Source: Hyphochytrium catenoides
Lineage: Eukaryota > Protista > Hyphochytriomycota
Assembly (NCBI GenBank): GCA_900088475.1
Contig: FLMG01003684.1
Location: forward strand, 1-55,393
Length of the DNA: 55,393 bases
Direction of reading: 5' to 3'
Made by a program: the position numbers and the translations under genes. The stretch's first letter is position 1, and each line of letters begins with the position of its first letter. The notes under the pieces were generated by a model. The model was not told the origin of the DNA. It ran no database searches and saw only the letters and a list, made by a program, of their open reading frames with translations. Of the stretch, positions 40,901-53,028 are shown piece after piece.

Positions 40901-43762
40901 CCAGAAGCCGAATCGACTTTCGCTTCAGCTACCTTCATAATCGCCATTCTTCGCAGCATATATGAGAGGGGTCTTTTTGAGCTTGTCTTGGCTGTCAATT
41001 CTTGCTCCTTTCTTAATGAGCAAGCGCACGACACCCAAATGACCCTGTTGAGCCGCTAAATGGAGCGCAGTCATTTTTGACGGCTTGATAAACTCTGCAC
41101 GAAAGAAGAGGGACCAAGACAAGTTACATCGAAGGATTAGCAAGCTGCTCTTTGCATATACTTTTAGTACCTTCAAGCGCTGCACCCCACTCTACCAAGG
41201 CCTTCGCAGCCTCGACATGGCCAAAGTAAGCTGTTTGTAGGGTGAGAAGGTTCATAAGTAGTTGTGACGGGCAAGTCTGAATAATCAAGCATTACCTGCA
41301 TATGCGAGAGCCGTATTCCCCTTCTTGTCGTGATATGTGCCATCAAACACATCCTCTCCTGACGTCTGGGCCTCTAATAGCCATTTAATGTTATCAGCAC
41401 GTCCAAACTTCGCCGCTAGATGAAGTGGTATCAGTCCGAATTTGTCCGCTGACTTTACCGAGGCACCCAATTTAATCAGCAGGTTCAGATTGTCTGGAGT
41501 CTCACACGCAGCGGCAAAGTGTAGGGGTAGTCTGCCATTGTCATCTGCCTGGAATGAGTCGTTATCAACTGCTGCTAAAAGCTCCCTTAGAACTTCAGAA
41601 TTGGGGTTGATTGCCGCCACATGGAGTGGAGTCAGCTTCAAAGGCCCTTTCTTAAGCACACTAGGCTTACGAAAGGCAGGGAGGCTTTCACCTGCCTTGG
41701 TCTTCAGAACTTGCGAATGCAATGCATTGTAGCCGTAACCGCCATATCCGTTGCTATTGGAAGCGGACTTGCCTTGGTGGTCGATCAGGGCAGCTGCGAC
41801 CCTGTGATTGCCAGCTACACAGGCGTGGTAGGTCAGATTGTAGCTATCCATAAGATTCTGGAATTGCGAAGCTAAAGGTGAGAGAAGCAAGAACTCCAGC
41901 AGCTGGTGGCTGATATCGGGATTGCGGACCACATATAGAGGCCAGCGTGATCCACAGCTTCTCCAGTACGTGGAGACTAGGCATTCCAGCCGATTCTCTT
42001 CCTTTGTAGCCACCAGCGCCCTATTACCTTCCTTTCCTCCGCGCGCTATGTTAACCTTTCTTACACCACGAGAATAGCTTCCTCTCGCACCTCGACCCGT
42101 GTCCGTCTCACTCAAAATGGTGTGTTCTGGTACACCGACTCGCCTGTCTTTATAGTTTGAGACAAATTTGGCAGGGTCCTGAGAGTATTCTAGAAGCAAG
42201 ACTACCATCTTTAGGTCGTTTCTTCTCAGGGCGATTTCAAGACAGGTCGTCTCGCGGTCAACGCTAGCTGGTGCAAAAGGGTCAGCAATATGATCCCAGT
42301 CAGCAAGTACTGCGGTCATCAAGGTCAGAGAGCCTGTCTCCGCTGCTTTAATGGCAGTACGGCAGCTGCAGCTGGTGCAACATTCCTCCTCGTGATCCAG
42401 TTCGCCCAAAGTCTTTGCACTCGGAATGTTCGAGCAGCCTAACTCGATATTTGTGAGATTGTGTCAAGTCCTCAGAGCTGCAGCGAGTATTAACCTTACC
42501 TCCATCAGCTCCTCCCCCAGCGGACTTTGAGTTGGTGGCTGGTGGTGCCGCACTTCGCCGCTTGCCTTTGCTTTTCTTGCCAGTGTTGGCCATTCGACGT
42601 TCACTACAGTTTACGGAACAGAGCAACGATCATGACTAGGGGTTAGACCACCACCGATGTTGAGATACGGACTGCTGGAGTAAGTAAAGCTTACCTGTCA
42701 GGTTGCTCTGAGTGCATCTCACTCCATGGCGGGTACTCTAAGCTTCCCACAAAAGGGTTTGACGGAGGAGCATTTAGCTCCTTTCGCACCTCTGCTGCTT
42801 CCTCTTGAGCTTTCATAAGCTTTTTTATCCTTGGTGCCACTGGTTTCGGCGGAGGCAGAGGCGGTGGCGACGGGCAATTATTGCTTTCATTAACCTTTCG
42901 CTTCTTTGCGGGCTGGTCCTCGCTTCTTTTCGCATTGCTTGGACCAAGTGACGTTGCCTTACGCTTAGTACTGGTCTCTTTTTGCGGCTTTCCCTCGCTG
43001 GCAGGCTTCAAGACCTGGGTCTTCCGAGAGTTTCCGCGTCCAGTACGCTTCGTCTCACCCATCGGATGACTTACATCGTCCTGAGCAGCTGCCTGGATCT
43101 CGTCCTGCGTTTCTACTTCAGATTGCTTTTCCCCCTTTCGACGACCAATCCCAGCTGCACTCTTTCTGGGCCCAGCAGCCCGCTTGGGCTTGGACTTCTT
43201 CTTACCCCTTTGCGCTGTAGTCTCAATAGGTATCTCTATGTTGCCCTGTGCAAGATATGACACGTCAAGGTTCAGAGGTGTACTACTGACAGAAGACCGC
43301 AGCAACTAATATGAGAAAACAAACCTTTTCCTCTTCTTCTAGATCCATTTTGTCTTCTTCTTCACCATCCACGTCGTCTTCCTCTGCATCAGTCATGTCT
43401 TTACCTTCAGCATTGTGGTCCAATCCATTCCCTGTACTTCTCATTCGTGGCACGGCTGTCTGCACAGTGGAGGCAGGCTGACCTCTGTTGCCGACAGCGA
43501 CTTTCTGACTGTCCTTATTCAGTTGAAGTCGTTTTTGTTGTCGAAGGCTCGACCGTCTTTCCAACGTAGATTGTGAAGAAGCAAGCCCACCGCTTTCTGC
43601 AGCTTGACTCATGCTTTCCTCTTTAAAAGTGGAGCGCGTTGACCGTCGTGATGGAAGTCTCTTATTCACCTCTTCCGTTCGCTCGTTATCCACCGAGCTC
43701 AACGTTGTGGGCACAACGGAGGTTTTGTTAGCCGCCCTACTACTGCCCGTCCGCGCCGACAT
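34910..43762 (-). CDS. Large ankyrin-repeat + WGR + regulatory + catalytic poly(ADP-ribose) polymerase (multi-exon)
   Basis: Many ankyrin repeats (TPLHVAA, LPLHFAA, TALHLAA, TPLHYAA). WGR domain (NDFYVLQV...LLTR|WGRIG). Regulatory domain (LPFGAI, LSNLFYTFVP). Catalytic LLWHGS, GSMFGKGIYFAD, LCEVAVG, YNEYIVYD. Stop at 34910-34912. Confidence 0.95.
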
Positions 43763-45049
43763 TTCTTCCTACCAGCGTCTATCTGTCACCCCAAGTACGA
43801 TCCTAAAGTCTGCCAAGCATGATTGCCACCCAACTCTGTGTGTGTCAAAGCACTGGTACCACCGTAGAGACAACGCTAGGCACCTCCGCAGCTCATGTAC
43901 TTCTCACTTATTGGGCAGCTTTAGAAGTGAAGCCCTATCAGTCATGAAACCCCAAACTAAGTTTTGGAGATTGCTCGTGGCCCTCACTCTGGTTGCTCCC
44001 GACCCTCGATCATCATTGCTGCTTGACCTGCTACGTGAGCTGCTGTGTGCACCTATCTCTTGGTACTGCTGCTGCTCTACTTTGAGGAGCATGATGTGGA
44101 TCCCATTTCCCTCCTTCTTCACCCTGTCTGCCAGCAAACCCCCCAAACCGCCCCCCAACAACTCATAACGGCCTATCTGTTAGAGGAGGAAGTTGGAAGG
44201 AGAGATCGTGCTAAGTCAGTAGAGGAAGTTGATGACTGACTGAGTGTTTAGCAGCCAGAGCCGTACCAAATGTTAGGAGCACAGTGAGGGGATGAAGGAA
44301 GAGCCAGATACCCAATCATGGCGGGATTTCATTGTGGGTTATTATTACTACGGCTTGCCCTGTTATCCAAACGCTCTTGACAAACCTACTACTACAGATT
44401 CAATTCACTTAGTCAACAATCATTCCTACGGAGTGATTGTCTGCACGAGTGATTGTTTCCACCCCTTGTTAATTAAGGTACTTGTAAGGGAGATAGGTCG
44501 ATGACAATCATTTATGGAGTAGCCCAGCTTTTTAACAGAAGCTTGCGGAGGGCGAAATTATTGCTTGGGCGCTTGCTTCTTCATCGCGCTTCCTACAAAA
44601 AGGGGTAAGAATACGTAGTTAGATTGGCAGCCTTCGGCGGCGCGACACGTACGCCTCCCCCCTGTCGTTTACTTGTTGGTTGTGTGCCAACCTGCCTTTG
44701 ACCCGCTGCACGAGTGAGGGTGTGTTGTTGCAGCAGTAGCAGTACTAGCGCGCCGGTGTCACAAGAGGCCTTACACCTCCACCTATCAAAAATAGAAAAC
44801 TAATGTCGCACAACCTCCTCGTACCTGACAACAACAACCTTCTCGAATAAGATGAGGGTTTGCGATGATGATGATGTTTTTTCTTCCTCGAAGATGTTCT
44901 ATTGATGCAAGCTTCATGCTGAATCGATATATATATATAAGCAACAGGAAGTAGCTTTTCCTCCGATAATAATACAATGTACTTGACAAGAGAAAAGAAG
45001 AGATCGCCCAGTGCTACTAATTTCCAGCGAGGGCGAGGACTTTTACTTG

Positions 45050-45138
45050 AAGGTACGTGGTGTGTTATTTTTTTATAGCAGTTCACTAAGCAGGATAAAC
45101 TAAGACGGAGTAAACGAAGAAGTAAAACATGAAGGAAG

Positions 45139-45169
<31 letters not shown>

Positions 45170-48100
45170 ACAGAAACAAGAAAAGCTAAAACGCCTTTGT
45201 CTAAGAAGCAGAAACAAGGAAAGCTAAAACGCCTTTGTCCCGGCCTCCGCTCCATCTCCTCCACGCTCATCATCAGTGAAGGAAGAAGAATCAGAGTTGA
45301 TCTCCTCAGGGAAACTAGGGGAGAAGAAGGAGGAGATGTGAGCCACCAACCGCAATGTCGTCACGATCAAGTTCAACCGCCGCGAGGCAAGCAAGAGAAG
45401 GTTCCAGCTGTTCAAGAGGAATACGCTTCCCTAATCTGAAGCGCATTTCCTTCATGAATCGCCATAGAGAAGATCCTCGTTTGTTGGAGGCGTAAGACCA
45501 TGGCCCAACGCGACCATGGACCAATATGCCGAGAAGCATCAAGAGCAGAGCGGTCACACTGAAGCCTCTCCAGATATGGTACACAATCAACAATGCCCTG
45601 CAAAGCTCCCCCAAACGACTCCCAAACTAGTGGAACAAAGTGCAGCCCTACAGCATTACAAGGAGCCTCATACTTCTTCAACTTCGCCTTCTCAGACAAG
45701 CGACCTCGATAGCCTGCGTGGACAGCTGCATAAGGAAGGGTTCTAAATTGCAGCAAGTCCGTGATGACAGAGATATTAAAGGCCCTATGCTGATACGAGG
45801 CGGAGAAGCCACGAACCAACAAATCTCGCGATTTCAGATATGACTCCGGGAGGAGGTGACGGGGTTCACGAGAGACAATGAGTCCCGAGTCCCAAAAGCA
45901 TGAAAGAGTTTATCCTGAACACGACTGACTAGCGCCACAGCCTCGGCGACATTTTATACCGTGATCCCAAAAACAATCATAGGACACGAGTCTTTTTATT
46001 ATTGGTATATGTAAAAAGACAATCATGATCCATCATATCTATCTCATTGGAAGTTCGTTGTTGGCGTGTAGCGAACGTAACGGTAGAGTAAGGGCGGCGA
46101 AGCAACCGACAACAATACCAGTCACATCTCTGTAGTCAGGAGCAGTCATTATGAACGGCAACGCAAAACTGCTGATCATCAGTCAATGAGCATGTCTTTG
46201 ATTAAGGGCTTCCTCAATGACTGGAACAACTATGCTAGGAACTCTGACCTTTCTCCTCTCCTATGTCTGGCTAATCTATCTATCTCAGATTCTTATGTTG
46301 CTGGCCCCTACCACTTACCGCCCAAAGCCAAGAGTAGTAGCGGTAAGAATCAGGGCATGCTTTGTAAGTGAAAATAACATAGTAAGCTGCACTTACGTAG
46401 AAAGAGGATAAGTGGAGGAATGGAGCTCTTTTTCATATTATCTATTATCTTCATAAGCGGACAGAGATATAATATTTCACCGACCTTCTGAACTTTGTGG
46501 CTGAGTTAGGGGGACCATAATTTGTCACGGGGAGATAAAGCATCGTTAAAGGGAAAGAATGGCTCCGAAACCGAAGAAGATTTCTTGTATAGTGTCGCGA
46601 GGACACCCGCTGCTGCTGTGACAAGTGCAATCTGGTCAGACGCCGCAGGATACACCCATAATGATGAGAGTGTAACGGAAAAAAGCAGATAACGATCCGG
46701 AGGAGGAAAGAGGTATCTCGGAGCCAAAGGAATAGAGAGATAAACGTCGTCGCACTAGAACGGTCAGAGTAGCAGCAGCTTGACTCTTTTGCTGGTTTAC
46801 AACATAATAGGTGGCAGTCAAAAAAGTGGTTCTCTCTCTTGGTGAAGTATCAAAACATTGCAGAATGCGGTCGACAGCGGTTAATAGTTCGCAACGAGCT
46901 CAATAGCTCATCCATTTATTACTACTCTGAAGCCAAACTATATGAGTTATGGCACGAGAGAATGCAGACAGAGTCATGCACGACGGAGTAAAGGGAGCGA
47001 AGGCAGAGGCGACAAAGAACAAAAAAAAGTTCATCAAAGCCTCCTTTGAAAAACGAAAGTAAGGTCAAACAAATGACGCGCAGCTGGCATGAAAAGGGAA
47101 TCCTGACAGTCCGCCGAAGGAAGTGGCGAAGTAGGAAAAACGCCAAAATAGAAATGCACACTGTTCTTCGGAAGAAGAACAATATGAGCAAAGTCAAGCA
47201 GAAACGATATTTATGTGATTCTACGAGAGCTTACGGGAAGAAGAAACGACCATAGGTTCTCTATTCAGGACTCATCAGCATAGAAAGAGACTATGTATTA
47301 TATCGATGCCAGACCCCAACCAAATGATGAAGAGGTCACACTACTACGACATCAAAGACTAACTCAGGCTTACGTCCATATATAATTATTAGTCAAAATT
47401 ATACTGCTGAATGAAGTTCAACAATACCTACGGATAAACAGAATAGCCGTTCTTCTAGGTTGATCGCCAATGCCAAACGGTATGCTTTTAACCGATGGGC
47501 GATGTATGAGCAGCGCCTGGGGAAGCCTTGGACAAGGCCTCGAACGACTTTGGTAGTAAGTTTTTCCCACCAGTTCCCTTCTCCGATTGTCTTCCGTGGT
47601 CGTGATCACTCTTCACTTGGCGTTATAACCCTCTAACACAGTGAAAACATTTCAGTTCCTTCTGAAACGGGCTTGTCAAAGATACCTCCTCCTCCCATCT
47701 GCTCCCACTCTGGCCTCTCGTCTATTTATGGAGCGCAAAGAAGACGTGCAGACTGTGAACGGATCAAGAAGAGCCAAATACCGAGATGCAAGTCAGCTCC
47801 ATCATCAGTCAAGCGGATTGTGTGAGATATAAAGTTACAGATAAAGATAAACTAGTCACGAGAAAGAATTTGAGCTCTAGTGAAAGGAAGGATATTATAG
47901 CAACACGAGCAAGTGAGTCTTCGCTGAGCGCGACAGTAATAGCTTTTGTCCGCGAGAAGAATGTGTTTTCTGGAGATGAGAAAAGCGAGACTGAGAGTCT
48001 CCTCTCATTATGCTTATCATGCAGAGGAAAGAAGAACAGGTCTTCCTAACGCGAAGTTCTATCATAGAAAATGTATGCAGAGACAAAGCAGAGAAAGAAC

Positions 48101-48650
48101 AAAGAAGGAGCCTGTGGCAGGAAAGTGGTGAGAGGAGGGACAAGTTCTCCCCTGAAAGCTCTATGACTGCTGACTTGATACTTGCACCTCTTCTGCAAAC
48201 TTAAAAAGGCTCTTCACAAGTTCGTCTATTGTTCCAAGAGCAAATAAATTTTTGTGCGCTTGTGCCAAAGCAAGGAGCTGAGGCAGCATTGCTAGGAACA
48301 ACAGATTCATGTCGGCTGTCTACCTTGCTTGATTAGGCGTCAAAGTCTCAAGCCTTAGCAGATGAGCGACCAAGCCTCCGTAGATCAAACGACACTCTGC
48401 ATACTCCGTAAAGGTATCGCTGAGTCCCCTGATGTTTTCTACCGGATCTCCTTGTCCTTAACCATCCGTCACACTGATAGGGAGGAGGATGAGCTGTACC
48501 TCCAATTCCAACAGATTGGTTAATGAACGCTGAAAGCGACGCCGAAATGGTTTTTGAGGAATATTGTTCTTGGAGACCGACTCTACTTTTATTATCAGCC
48601 AGGGAAACATAAGCGGTAATAACGGGAACGTCCTCAAGAAGATCTCGATT
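45050..48650 (-). mobile_element. Decayed RLE-type (CRE-like) non-LTR retrotransposon, near full length or composite
   Basis: 3' part (45990-45220) is clear: DHGIKC, REP, SEKAKLKKY, FVPLVWESFGG, SMAIHEGNA, then a (CTT)n-rich tail. Upstream, degenerate RT motifs occur in order: VGADG (~47700), IPFGIGDQPRR (~47470), VVNQQKS (~46795), IIMGVSCG (~46650). Boundaries approximate. Confidence 0.7.
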
Positions 48651-48764
48651 AATCTCTCGCGAAGAGACTAAGCTGCAACACTATTTGTCACTGTTCGTTT
48701 GGTCAGCGTATGTCAATGTCTTGATTGTTTTGCTGACCTGGCCTGTTTTTTTTTTGCTGGCCTG

Positions 48765-49900
48765 GACTTGAGGTCGAAGGCTCGCTTACGGGCTGCTTCT
48801 CTATGGCATGCGGGGTCGTTTCTTTAGGCTGCTCCTGTTCCTTGGCTGCAGTTGAAGGTTCGTCCCCATTGTTGATCCGGGTGATGCTGTGGCGATTCCT
48901 TGTTGGAACCCTCTGGTTGCTCTTCTGTTCCCGTTTCTTGCCAGACCTGCTCGTGTCGTATGTATGTTTTTGGAGATCACAGTATCATATGCCGTCGTGG
49001 CGGTGGCGCTAGTCAGGGTCATCGTCGTGTTTAGGATAATCTCTTTCATGCTTTTCAGACTCGGGACTCATAGTCTCTCCGCGAACCTCATCACCTCCTC
49101 CCGGGGCCAAATCTGAAACCGGGAGATTTGTCGGTTCGTGGCCTCTCCGCCTCGTACCGCATACGGCCTTCTTTGATTTGTCTGTTAGGACTCTCCGCAA
49201 TCTAGAACCCTTCCTAATGCAGCAGTTAGTCCGGTCGTTTGTCTGAGAGGGTGAAGCTGAAGAAGTATGAGGTTTCTTGTAAGGCCCTAGGGCCGCAAAT
49301 TGTCCCACTACTACTCATTGTCCCACTAGTTGGGAGTCATTTGGGGGAGCTATGCAAGGCATCGTCGATTGTGTAGGGAATTTGGTGAAGCTCCTGTGTG
49401 ATCGCTCTGCTCTTGATGCTTCTCGGCATATTGGTCAATTGTCCCGTTTGGCCATGACCTTCGGCCTTCACACGAGAATCTCTATGACGATTCATGAGGG
49501 GGAAATCCGCCTCAGATTTTGAAGCGTATTCGTCTTGATAGCTGGACCTTTCTGTTGCTGGCGTCGCGGCGGTTGAACTTGATGGTGACGACATTCTGAT
49601 TAGTGGTTCACATGTTTCTCCTTCTTCTCCCATTATTATCGCTGAGGAGATCAACTATGATCCTTCCATCACTGATGAGGAGTAGTGTGGAGCAGCTCAA
49701 GCTGAGGACGAGACGAAGGCTGTATAGCTTCTTCTCTCGCCCCTTCTTCTTCTTCCTCTTGTCCCACTTTTTCTTCTTCCTTCTCCTTCTCACTTTTTCT
49801 TCTCCTCCTACTTCTTCCTCTTCTTCTTCTCCTTTTAATCATGATTAGTTTATAGTAGTGGTAACCTGCTGATGCTTAAACTAAACAATTTTTCCTATAT
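48765..49900 (+). mobile_element. 5'-truncated decayed copy of the same RLE-type non-LTR element, in opposite orientation
   Basis: KARLRAASLWHAGSFL*AAP; zinc knuckle CSCRMYVFGDHSIIC; HRRV; REP...LKPGDL; FDLSV; KLKKY; (CTT)n tail. 48950-49735 aligns by eye as an inverted copy of 45225-45990. Confidence 0.85.
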
Positions 49901-51629
49901 AGGAAAGAAGATCACAAGAAGCTACACCTACAAGTAGGCAAATAACGGTACTTATAGCAGAAGAGGTTGGATAGCCTTACACGCAGCCGCGCTGCTGCAG
50001 TTCGTGTCAAAGCTGAGGTACGAGTTTACACAAGCAGCGAACAGCAGCTGGATGGAAAAAAGGATAATTAATGGGAAATGCTTTTGCCTAGGGAAAGGAA
50101 TATGGAGAGACAACAGCGAGAGCATAATTGAGGGGCTAACTCTAATGGAATGAAAAGGCATTAACAAACAGAAGAAGGAGAAGGAAGAAGACGGAGAGAG
50201 GAAATTGAAGTTGCAGACAGAAGAGGACGAAGTCACCGCAGAAATGGGCGTCGATTGGGAACAACTGACGAAGAAAGGAGCAAAAACTGCCACGAGGAGG
50301 AGGGGGCCAGCTGAGGGAACGAAAACAACGGCAATGAGAGAAGAGAATAAGTGTGCAAGAAGGCAAGAGAAAGAAAACCTACCCATAAAGTAAGGAAGAG
50401 GCAAAGAGTAATAAGAACGGAACTTCCAGGCAGGAAGAAATGAAGACGAGAAATAAAAGATCTCGGAAAAGAGGGGGAGAGAGGGAAATGAGGAATCGAG
50501 TGAGAAGCTGAGGAAAGCAGGATGAGTTAGTGTAAGTCTAGACTTCTCAGAACAAGGGGAGCAGTACATCCGAGAAAGATTCCCTATCGTACCGTCCGCT
50601 AAAGCGGGTTGTGAGGCACGAATTATTAGTAGGTAATCTGGCAAGTGGTCTAGCCCACCGCTTATTACTCCACAGACAGCTGAAGGAGTCTCTTATAACC
50701 GGAAAGGGTATACAGTCTTCCTTTCGTCTCCTTTCTCCAGTGACTTCTACTACTCTTTGAATTCGCGGAGACATACAAGGGGGTTGGCAACTTGGCAAAG
50801 AAGAGAGAGAACAAAAAGACTAAGAAGGAGAAAATAGAGCGAGACGAAATAGCAGTTTGATGCAGTACGAAAGAGGAAGAAATATGGGAGCATGGAAGTG
50901 AGAATTATAGAGGGGATAGAGAGGAAAGAAATTGAAAAAAATAACGCGTGAGGAACAAAGAGAGGAGGGCGGAAGCGAAGAAGTCGTATCAAGGTGAACG
51001 GAATAGGTGGTGCAAGTAACAATGACAGGGACGGTCCGAAGGAGCAAACGAGAGGAGGCGACAGATCAAAAGAGTAGGAGATGAAAAAGAGTCAGATATG
51101 ATGTGACGTAGACGTGTGACCTTGACAGGAGGGACCAGAAAAACTGAATTTCAAAAGGAACAGGTCGCCGAAGAAAACAAGTGGCGTCAAAGAGCATAAA
51201 GGAAGGGTAGACGTTGGGAAAGAGCGAGTGATATTGAAATGAGTAGAGGAGAGAATAGGAAGACTGTATAAAAAGAGACACAGGGAAGACACGGAGGATG
51301 CGCCAAGGCAATGGGCCCAGAAGAGAGGGAATGAAGATAATTGGGAATAGGTAAAGGATGAAAAGGAAGAGAGATATGACCTGGGAAATAGGGAAAGGAA
51401 AGAGAAGGACCGGACCTGAAAAGGCAAGAAAGGTGACAGAAAAGAAAATATGTCCTGCTCCTTCTTGTATGGGGATGGAAATTAAGGACAATTAAGGGAC
51501 TTAGGTAGAAAAAAGTTTAGTTGCCTAGACAAAGGCGGGAGTGACAGAGAGAAAAATGAGGAAAGTGAGAAGGGAGTAGGATAACAAGGATACATATATA
51601 TAGCTATATATATATAGATGGAGAGAGAG

Positions 51630-52579
51630 ATAGGCTAGAAGCTAGAGTAGTGCGACCTGTGACTTGCATCAGTACGTGCTTGACAGAGCTGGTAAATATT
51701 TGTAGGCGGCTCCTGAGGCTGGAATCCAGCATCCTGCTAACTGGTAGTTTTCAGGCTGTCACCTAGACTGGGTAGCTAGCTTTCACCTGACTTGGTAAAC
51801 AGAATATCATCTAGCCAGTAGCAGGCCTCGCTCTATGTTTACACCTAAGGATTGGCATTAGGTGGCCTCAGGAATAGCACCTTTTGGCTGGCACCTAGGC
51901 GTACCTCGCACTCCTTATCTCTGTCATTAGGCTGGCAACGAAGACTGACATATAAGCTGGAACAATAGTTAATGAATAGCGTTCGCGTGCAGGGCTATGG
52001 CACGTAGGCTGCTCATCGTCGGGTTTAGTGATCTAAAGTAATGTATATGTGTGACTCCTAAGGCTGGCTCTAGAGTGATCCCAATGCTACTCATACGTAG
52101 AACCATCAGTAAAAGTAGTACCTAGGTTGGCACCCATCCGAGCACCTACGCTGCCCCCTACAGCCGGCGCATAAGGCTGGCATGAAGGCTGCTGGGACAA
52201 AGAATGGTGCACCAACATGGGCAATAGGCTGGCACTTGAGGTTGACGCCGGACTGGTACAATCTAGGTTGTTACCTAGGCTGGCTCTGGCCCCTATTCTT
52301 CTAGCTAGGGTGGCACCTATGGTTCCTCGCATCAAGACTGGCAGCGCGGAGTTGGTATCTAGCCGCGCCTAAGGTCTGCATAAAAGGCAGTTCCCCAAGC
52401 TGGTATCAGGGCCGACATTGAGCTGGTTACCTATTACGTTGGTGCCTCATCTGACGCCTCTAATAGGCTAGAAGCTAGAGTAGTGCGACCTGTGACTTGC
52501 ACCAGTACGTGCTTGACAGAGCTGGTAAATATATAAAGGCGGCTCCTGAGGCTGGATTCCAGAATCCTGCTAAGTGGTA
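51630..52579. repeat. Two 117-bp direct repeats (51630-51746, 52463-52579) flanking a decayed 12-bp satellite (consensus ~GCTGGCACCTAG)
   Basis: ataggctagaagctagagtagtgcgacctgtgacttgc...atcctgctaa.tggta occurs twice, 833 bp apart. Many variants of ggctggcacctag lie between 51750 and 52660. Confidence 0.9.
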
Positions 52580-52824
52580 CCTAGGGGGCAGAGCGAGATT
52601 GGCTCCTCGGGTGGCACCTAAACTGGCATCTATGGCAGGCACCATTACTGGCACCTAGCTTAGGGTCACTCCTCTCCTCTTCTATCTAGCATAACTGACG
52701 AACATTTTTAATAGTCACTCTTTAAAAATTAGCCCCTGTACTCTGGTATTTTCTAGAGCGCGATGACCTATCTTTCTCATCCTACTAGTTCCCTCATTAA
52801 GCGGGTTTCTTACCTCAAGGTGTC

Positions 52825-53028
52825 GTCATTGACCTGGTTTCCTACCTCCAGGCTGTCGTCTTTGGCCTGCCCGTCCATGTACAGACAGTGACGTCATTGA
52901 CCTGGTTTCCTACCTCCAGGCTGTCGTCTTTGGCCTGCTCGTCCATGTACAGACAGTGACGTCATTGACCTGGTTTCCTACCTCAAGGCTGTCGTCTTTG
53001 GCCTGCCCGTCTATGTACAGACAGTGAC
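52825..53028. repeat. 68-bp minisatellite, 3 near-identical copies
   Basis: Unit gtcattgacctggtttcctacctccaggctgtcgtctttggcctgcccgtccatgtacagacagtgac starts at 52825, 52893 and 52961. Confidence 0.97.

Noticed and set aside
34910-43762. Functional link between a tankyrase-like PARP and its subtelomeric position, or a DNA-repair cluster with the APE2 gene
   Set aside because: The genes are ~30 kb apart with unrelated genes between them, and position alone is not evidence.
47255-47280. Hammerhead-ribozyme-like CTGATGAGTCC on the minus strand
   Set aside because: No complementary GGAC-GAAA to close stem II, so the catalytic core is incomplete.
45225-49735. DNA transposon with long terminal inverted repeats
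   Set aside because: The inverted arms encode retrotransposon CCHC/RLE motifs and are clearly diverged from each other, which fits two independent non-LTR insertions better.
49952-51491. Hydrophobic minus-strand ORFs as membrane proteins
   Set aside because: They are expected from pyrimidine-rich composition, overlap in several frames and contain no motifs.
52825-53028. CRISPR-like array
   Set aside because: Units are contiguous near-identical 68-mers with no unique spacers, there are no cas genes, and the context is eukaryotic.
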